Source: Eledone cirrhosa (lineage: Eukaryota). From it: DNA of 64,000 nt. Below the pieces are notes generated by a model. The model made no database searches, was not told the origin of the DNA, and saw only the letters and a list, made by a program, of their open reading frames with translations. Each line of letters starts with the position of its first letter. Position 1 is the first letter of the stretch. This document shows positions 58,198-64,000 of the stretch, in pieces. Both the position numbers and the translations under genes were made by a program. The DNA is taken from NCBI GenBank assembly GCA_964016885.1, contig OZ024741.1, positions 47,988,001 through 48,052,000 on the forward strand, written 5' to 3'.

Positions 58198-59187
58198 TTG
58201 GTATTTTGGGACCAAATGAAAAGTACACACCTAAATGCCACCCACACTATACCCCAAAATACTAAATCTTCTAATATAAAGTATAGTAACTCTCAAAAAA
58301 CTACTCATCATACAACTATAATAAATATTAATAATAAAACTCCTAATAAAAAAGATAAAACACCTAAATCTACAAATATAACTAAAAATAGTTGTGGTGA
58401 GATCATTAACATTAATCCTCCTAGTAAAAATCACGATACAACCTATAAAAATAATAAAAATAATAAACAACATAGAAACCGTAATAGACGGGTTACTTGG
58501 TATAATGCTCCTTTTAATTTACAAGTTAAGGATAATATTGCTAAAAAATTTTTTTATATCCTTGAGAAAAACTTCCCGCCAAACCACAAATACCATCAAA
58601 TCTTAAATAGGTCTACAGTTAAATTCTCATATTCTACAACAAATAACATAAAACAAAATATAAGTGCATATAATGCATATAAATGTAAGAAAACCATAAG
58701 TATACCACCAGTACATCAAATTAACCATAATATCTCCTCAAATACAGAATTAACGAAAGGATGTAACTGTAGAAACAAAGCAAACTGCCCATTAAAAGGG
58801 AATTGTCTTGTTAACAACATAGTCTATAAATGTAATGTTAAAACTAAAGATTCTATTTGCTCATATATAGGAGCTACCTCTAACAATTTTAAGACAAGGT
58901 TTAATACCCACAAGCATAGTTTTAAAAATGCCGCACTGGCTAATACTACATCTCTAGCAGAAAAAATCAATAGTTATAAAAATAAGAATATAAAATATGA
59001 TTTGACCTGGAGTGTGCTCAAAAGAGCCACCCCTTATCAAAATAATAGAAATGAATGTAGATTATGTTCCCAAGAACTATTTGAAATAATGAAGTCTAGG
59101 GATATCTTATTAAATAAACGACAGGAATTAATTATATCGTGTAATCATAAACTAAAAAAAACATTTAAATATTATAAACCTAATTAA
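58198..59187 (+). CDS. Naiad-type PLE C-terminal region and GIY-YIG endonuclease (no RT; start is a truncation, not a true initiation)
   Basis: RNRRVTWYNAPF, NFPPNHKYHQILNRSTVKFSYS, CNCRNKANCPLKGNCL, IVYKC..YIGAT..FKTRFNTHKHSF, CRLCSQE, LLNKRQE. Confidence 0.88.
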   Translation: MVFWDQMKSTHLNATHTIPQNTKSSNIKYSNSQKTTHHTTIININNKTPNKKDKTPKSTNITKNSCGEIININPPSKNHDTTYKNNKNNKQHRNRNRRVTWYNAPFNLQVKDNIAKKFFYILEKNFPPNHKYHQILNRSTVKFSYSTTNNIKQNISAYNAYKCKKTISIPPVHQINHNISSNTELTKGCNCRNKANCPLKGNCLVNNIVYKCNVKTKDSICSYIGATSNNFKTRFNTHKHSFKNAALANTTSLAEKINSYKNKNIKYDLTWSVLKRATPYQNNRNECRLCSQELFEIMKSRDILLNKRQELIISCNHKLKKTFKYYKPN

Positions 59188-59720
59188 TAACATTATTCTA
59201 GAAATTAATTTAATTTAAATGTTAGTTAACCTATAAATTTAATTTAATTAATATTTCATTACAGATGAGAATATAAAATATTATGTAATCATAAATTGTG
59301 AAAAACCTTTAAATATTACTAATATATACTTAGTAATTTAATTTATAGATTAATTTTAATTTATTTAAACCTTTTATTATAACTCTTTTACAGATAAAAT
59401 ATAACAAAATAATATCGTGTATCCAATGACAGAGAAATAATTTTTAGTATTATAGACCTAATTAATATACATTTTGGAAATACATTTATTATTTGGTTTT
59501 AGTTTTAATCAACCTAAAAATTTTAATTTTAATTTGCTTAAAATTAGTATCCTTATACAGACGAATTGCAGAATGTCATGTAATCATAGAATGGGATGTG
59601 TTTTGGATATATACCTAGTTAATATATTCTGTGCAATTTTTTGAAAAAGATATGTATATGTATATGTGTATGTGTATGTGTGTGTGTGTATGTGTATCTG
59701 TATGTATGTATATATGTGTA

Positions 59721-59759
<39 letters not shown>

Positions 59760-60890
59760 ATATGTATGTGTATGTGTATGTGTATGTATATGTATATGTA
59801 TGCGTATTAATTTTGATTTCTATTTGCATATAATTATATTATGCTATTGATGAAATACAATATCTGCTTTATGTATTGTATACCTAATTAACATATACTA
59901 ATTAACATATACTATTGAAATAAATATATAATTTTTAATTTAGTTAACATATAATTTATATGCTACTACCGATGTAATACTTTATTTTATTTTTATTTGG
60001 GTTTCTTTTCCCTATTACTAAATTCATTTCCTAATATTGATACCATAACGTTATTAACTTTAATTTAGTTATACTGTAATTAATAATCTACTACTGTTTG
60101 ACTTCAAAATTCTGCTTCAAATATTATAAACCTAACTAATTTACACCTTAGAAATGAATATGTTGACTATCTTTGGTTTAGTTAACATATGATTAATGGT
60201 ATACTTATTTATTTTGAGATGCATAGATTTTGCCTTAGTTCTTGTTTGTCGTGTTTCCTAGCACTGAAAATATGTAAGAACATACATTGAATAAAGATAC
60301 GGAAAATATTATATGTTTCTTGAAACATATATTTACTTTGATCCCCTTCTCCAAACCCCCCCTTTCCCCCATACTATTATCATCTGTATTTGTAAGCGTC
60401 TATGTATGAATATATATGTAGGTAGGTGTCTATATAGGTTTGGGTATTTATATCTAAATATAAAAATACATATATGCGCATGCAAATATGAATGTAAGAT
60501 TGCGTGTGTATATATGAGTGTACATATGTATGTATATATATGTATATATATGCATTATATATGTATGTGTATGTGAATGTGTTGTATGTATATGTGTATG
60601 TATGTGTATATATGTGTATGTATGTGTATGCTTGTATATATAGGAATATATATATGTGTATATATGTATGTATATGTATATGCGTGTGTATGTATGTATG
60701 TGTATGTGTGTTGTATATATATGTATGTCTCTCTATTTATATGTTTATCTTCGTATCTATGTGATATATGTGTGTGTGTGTGCACGTATGCATATGTATG
60801 TGTTTGTGTGTGTTTGTATGTGTGTGTATATATATGTGTATGTGCGCACACACACATACACATATATATATGTGAGTGTGTATATGTGTC

Positions 60891-60942
<52 letters not shown>

Positions 60943-61240
60943 GATATATATATATATATATATATAGGTGTCTATGTGTGAATATATGTCTTTATTCGTA
61001 TGTGTGTATTTATGTATGTATATGTTTATGTGTATGTATGTATGTGTATGTATGTATGTATATATATATATATATATATATGTATATGTATATATATATA
61101 TGTATATTATTCTTTATTATTATAATATAACTTATGTGTATATGTGTATAAGTGAGGTTGTGTATGTGTATATAATATGTGTATATATAAGTGTAAAAAA
61201 ATATATATATATATATATATATGTGCATGTCTGTTTTTTA

Positions 61241-61284
<44 letters not shown>

Positions 61285-61361
61285 TGTGTATATATATATT
61301 ATATATATATGTGGGTGTTTGTATGTGTATTTATGGTGGTATGAGTGTGTGGATATATATG

Positions 61362-61397
<36 letters not shown>

Positions 61398-61783
61398 AGT
61401 GTATGTGTGTGTATATATATATATATGTATATATATATGTATGTGTATACATATGTATATGTATATGTGTGTATATGTGTGTGTATATATATATATCTCT
61501 ATTAATGCGTGTGTGTATGTATATACATATGCCTTTTTTTTATTATTATTTTTTTTTATTATTATTTTTTTTATTATTATTTTTATTTGTATGTCTGAGT
61601 TAGGTGAGGTTGTAGTGTTTTTTATATATATACACATATATGGAAGCGTATGTATTTATATATATGAGTATAAGTAGGTGCATATGTATGTATGATTATA
61701 TATCTAATTCTATGTATGAATGTACATATATATATATATATATGTGTGTATGTAAGTTGTGTGTGTATGTATCTATATGTCTA

Positions 61784-61828
<45 letters not shown>

Positions 61829-61907
61829 CGATGTGCGTATATGTATGTACATGTATGTACATGTATGTGTGTATGTATGTGTATGTATATTTAGATGTAT
61901 GTGTATG

Positions 61908-61952
<45 letters not shown>

Positions 61953-63120
61953 ATATATATATGGATATATATCTTTATTATTTATTTTTTATATATATGT
62001 GTATGTGTGTATGTGTTGCGTGTGTGTGTGTGTGTATATATATATCTTTATATATGTGTATGTGTATGTTCGTGTAAGTGTATGTGTGTGTATGACTGTA
62101 TATGTATGTGTGTATGTGTGTATGCGTAAATATTTCTATGTGCGCGTACATGTATGTATGTGTATATATCTGTATGTGTATGTATATTATATTATATTTA
62201 TTATATTTTATTGTTTTATTTTTTTATTTTTCTTAATTTATAGATACATTTATATTAGGCAGTCTGCTCAGACAATTGAATACTGACCCCCTCCCCCCCC
62301 CCCCCCTCCCACCTAATTTCTGTATCTTGATCTTGAAATGTGTGTGCCAGTGTTTTATGTGAGTGATTTAATATCCATGTGCTTATGATTTTATATACAC
62401 ATATATAAATGTGAGTGGGGGTGTGTGTGTGTTTGTATGTTCGTGGTCATGTGTATATTTATGCATATACGCGCATGTATGTGTGATTATACTGATATGT
62501 GTGAGTATGAAAAAATATATTTATATGATTGACTCCATAAGTATCAATGCGCATCTTATCAGCGCATTTTAAGCTTACAGAGATATTAACCTTGAAATTT
62601 TGTGTTTGCATCCATCTTTTTAGTATGCGTATACAAGTTATACATACATTTTTGTAAAATATGTGTAAGGATTTTACATGTATATACACACACCGAACTG
62701 CTTTTAACCCTTTGTGTTTTCATTGGTCAATTTTGAACTGATATTTTGAATTGTTGTTATTATCAATAAATATACTTCATTATTTCTGAAGACGGCGTAT
62801 ATATGTGTTAGGTATGTATATTTAATCTTGATAATTTGTATAATTTTGTATAATTTTGTACATAGATCTGTTGAATATGCATACCAATTATAACACATAT
62901 ATACCCTAGAAACGATCGTTAAATAATGAACTTTTTTTGTTTAATATAAGGAATTGTTTATTCATTATTTGTTTAATATTTTATCTTGACTCTGTATACC
63001 GTTTATCTTTCACCGAAAGTGGATTTTCATTACATCTCTTCTTTCCATGATATCCGGAATACATTGAGTTCTTCATACGGATTGGACACTACCGTAAACT
63101 CTTGGTAGATTTATCTACAT
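58211..63120 (+). mobile_element. Right arm: 5'-truncated Naiad-type PLE with ~3.9-kb microsatellite-rich 3' region and pLTR/HHR
   Basis: GIY-YIG ORF followed by sequence mirrored in 51299-58210. Confidence 0.88.
62776..62930 (+). ncRNA. Long-stem-II type I hammerhead
   Basis: UUCAUUAUUU-CUGAAGA-[116-nt hairpin]-GAAAC-GAUC-GUU-AAAUAAUGAA. Confidence 0.82.
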
Positions 63121-63545
<425 letters not shown>

Positions 63546-63572
63546 ATATTAAAAAAATAATAATGAATAAAA

Positions 63573-63934
63573 GAAACAGTTCCTTATATTAAACAAAAAA
63601 AGTTCATTATTTAACGATCGTTTCTAGGATATATATGTGTTAGAATTGGCATGCATATTCAACAGATCTATGTACAAAATTATACAAAATTATACAAACT
63701 ATCAAGATTAAATATACATACCAAACACACATATATGCCGTCTTCAGAAATAATTATTTCTGAAGACGGCATATATGTGTGTTTGGTATGTATATTTAAT
63801 CTTGATAGTTTGTATAATTTTGTATAATTTTGTACATAGATCTGTTGAATATGCATGCCAATTCTAACACATATATATCCTAGAAACGATCGTTAAATAA
63901 TGAACTTTTTTTGTTTAATATAAGGAACTGTTTC
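63573..63934. repeat. Perfect zero-spacer palindrome of two head-to-head HHR/pLTR modules (181-bp arms)
   Basis: Centre CAGAAATAA|TTATTTCTG at 63753/63754. Confidence 0.92.
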
Positions 63935-63953
63935 ATTGTTTTATTCATTATTT

Positions 63954-63986
<33 letters not shown>

Positions 63987-64000
63987 GAAATATATATAGA

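Larger units (their letters stand above)
51299..58210 (-). mobile_element. Left arm: 5'-truncated Naiad-type PLE (frameshifted GIY-YIG 57276-58210, long UTR, pLTR/HHR)
   Basis: Reverse-complement homology to 58253-63120; compensating -1/+1 indels near 57910 and 57540. Confidence 0.88.

Noticed and set aside
58198-59187. Selenocysteine (in-frame UGA) recoding as reported for some Naiad elements
   Set aside because: Conserved Cys positions here and at 32811-33269 use ordinary Cys codons; no in-frame UGA

Overview
Repeat-dominated metazoan genomic DNA, not prokaryotic. The (TA)n load, SINE types and RTE/Penelope content suggest an octopod cephalopod (inference). The only host gene I can support is three in-phase + strand exons (10312-10437, 16130-16291, 19762-20025) encoding most of an LRRK/ROCO-type ROC GTPase domain with a degenerate G3 motif. 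The rest is satellites, microsatellites, SINEs, MITEs, a non-autonomous Helitron, RTE and CR1 LINE fragments, and at least four Penelope-like element (PLE) families. Almost all long Y/I/C/V/H/T-rich ORFs in the track are translations of simple repeats. The main signals are PLE-linked: (i) about ten type I hammerhead ribozyme (HHR) motifs, two families with greatly extended stem II; (ii) a 562-bp non-coding retrozyme-like unit whose 5' end lies 4 nt from its predicted self-cleavage site; (iii) a two-ORF EN+ PLE joined by an in-frame U-UUU-UUA -1 slippery site; (iv) a ~17-kb diverged fold-back (46471-63753) of two head-to-head Naiad-type GIY-YIG/HHR arms, which folds back again through a perfect zero-spacer palindrome at 63753/63754. 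All structures were read by eye; no searches or folding programs were run.
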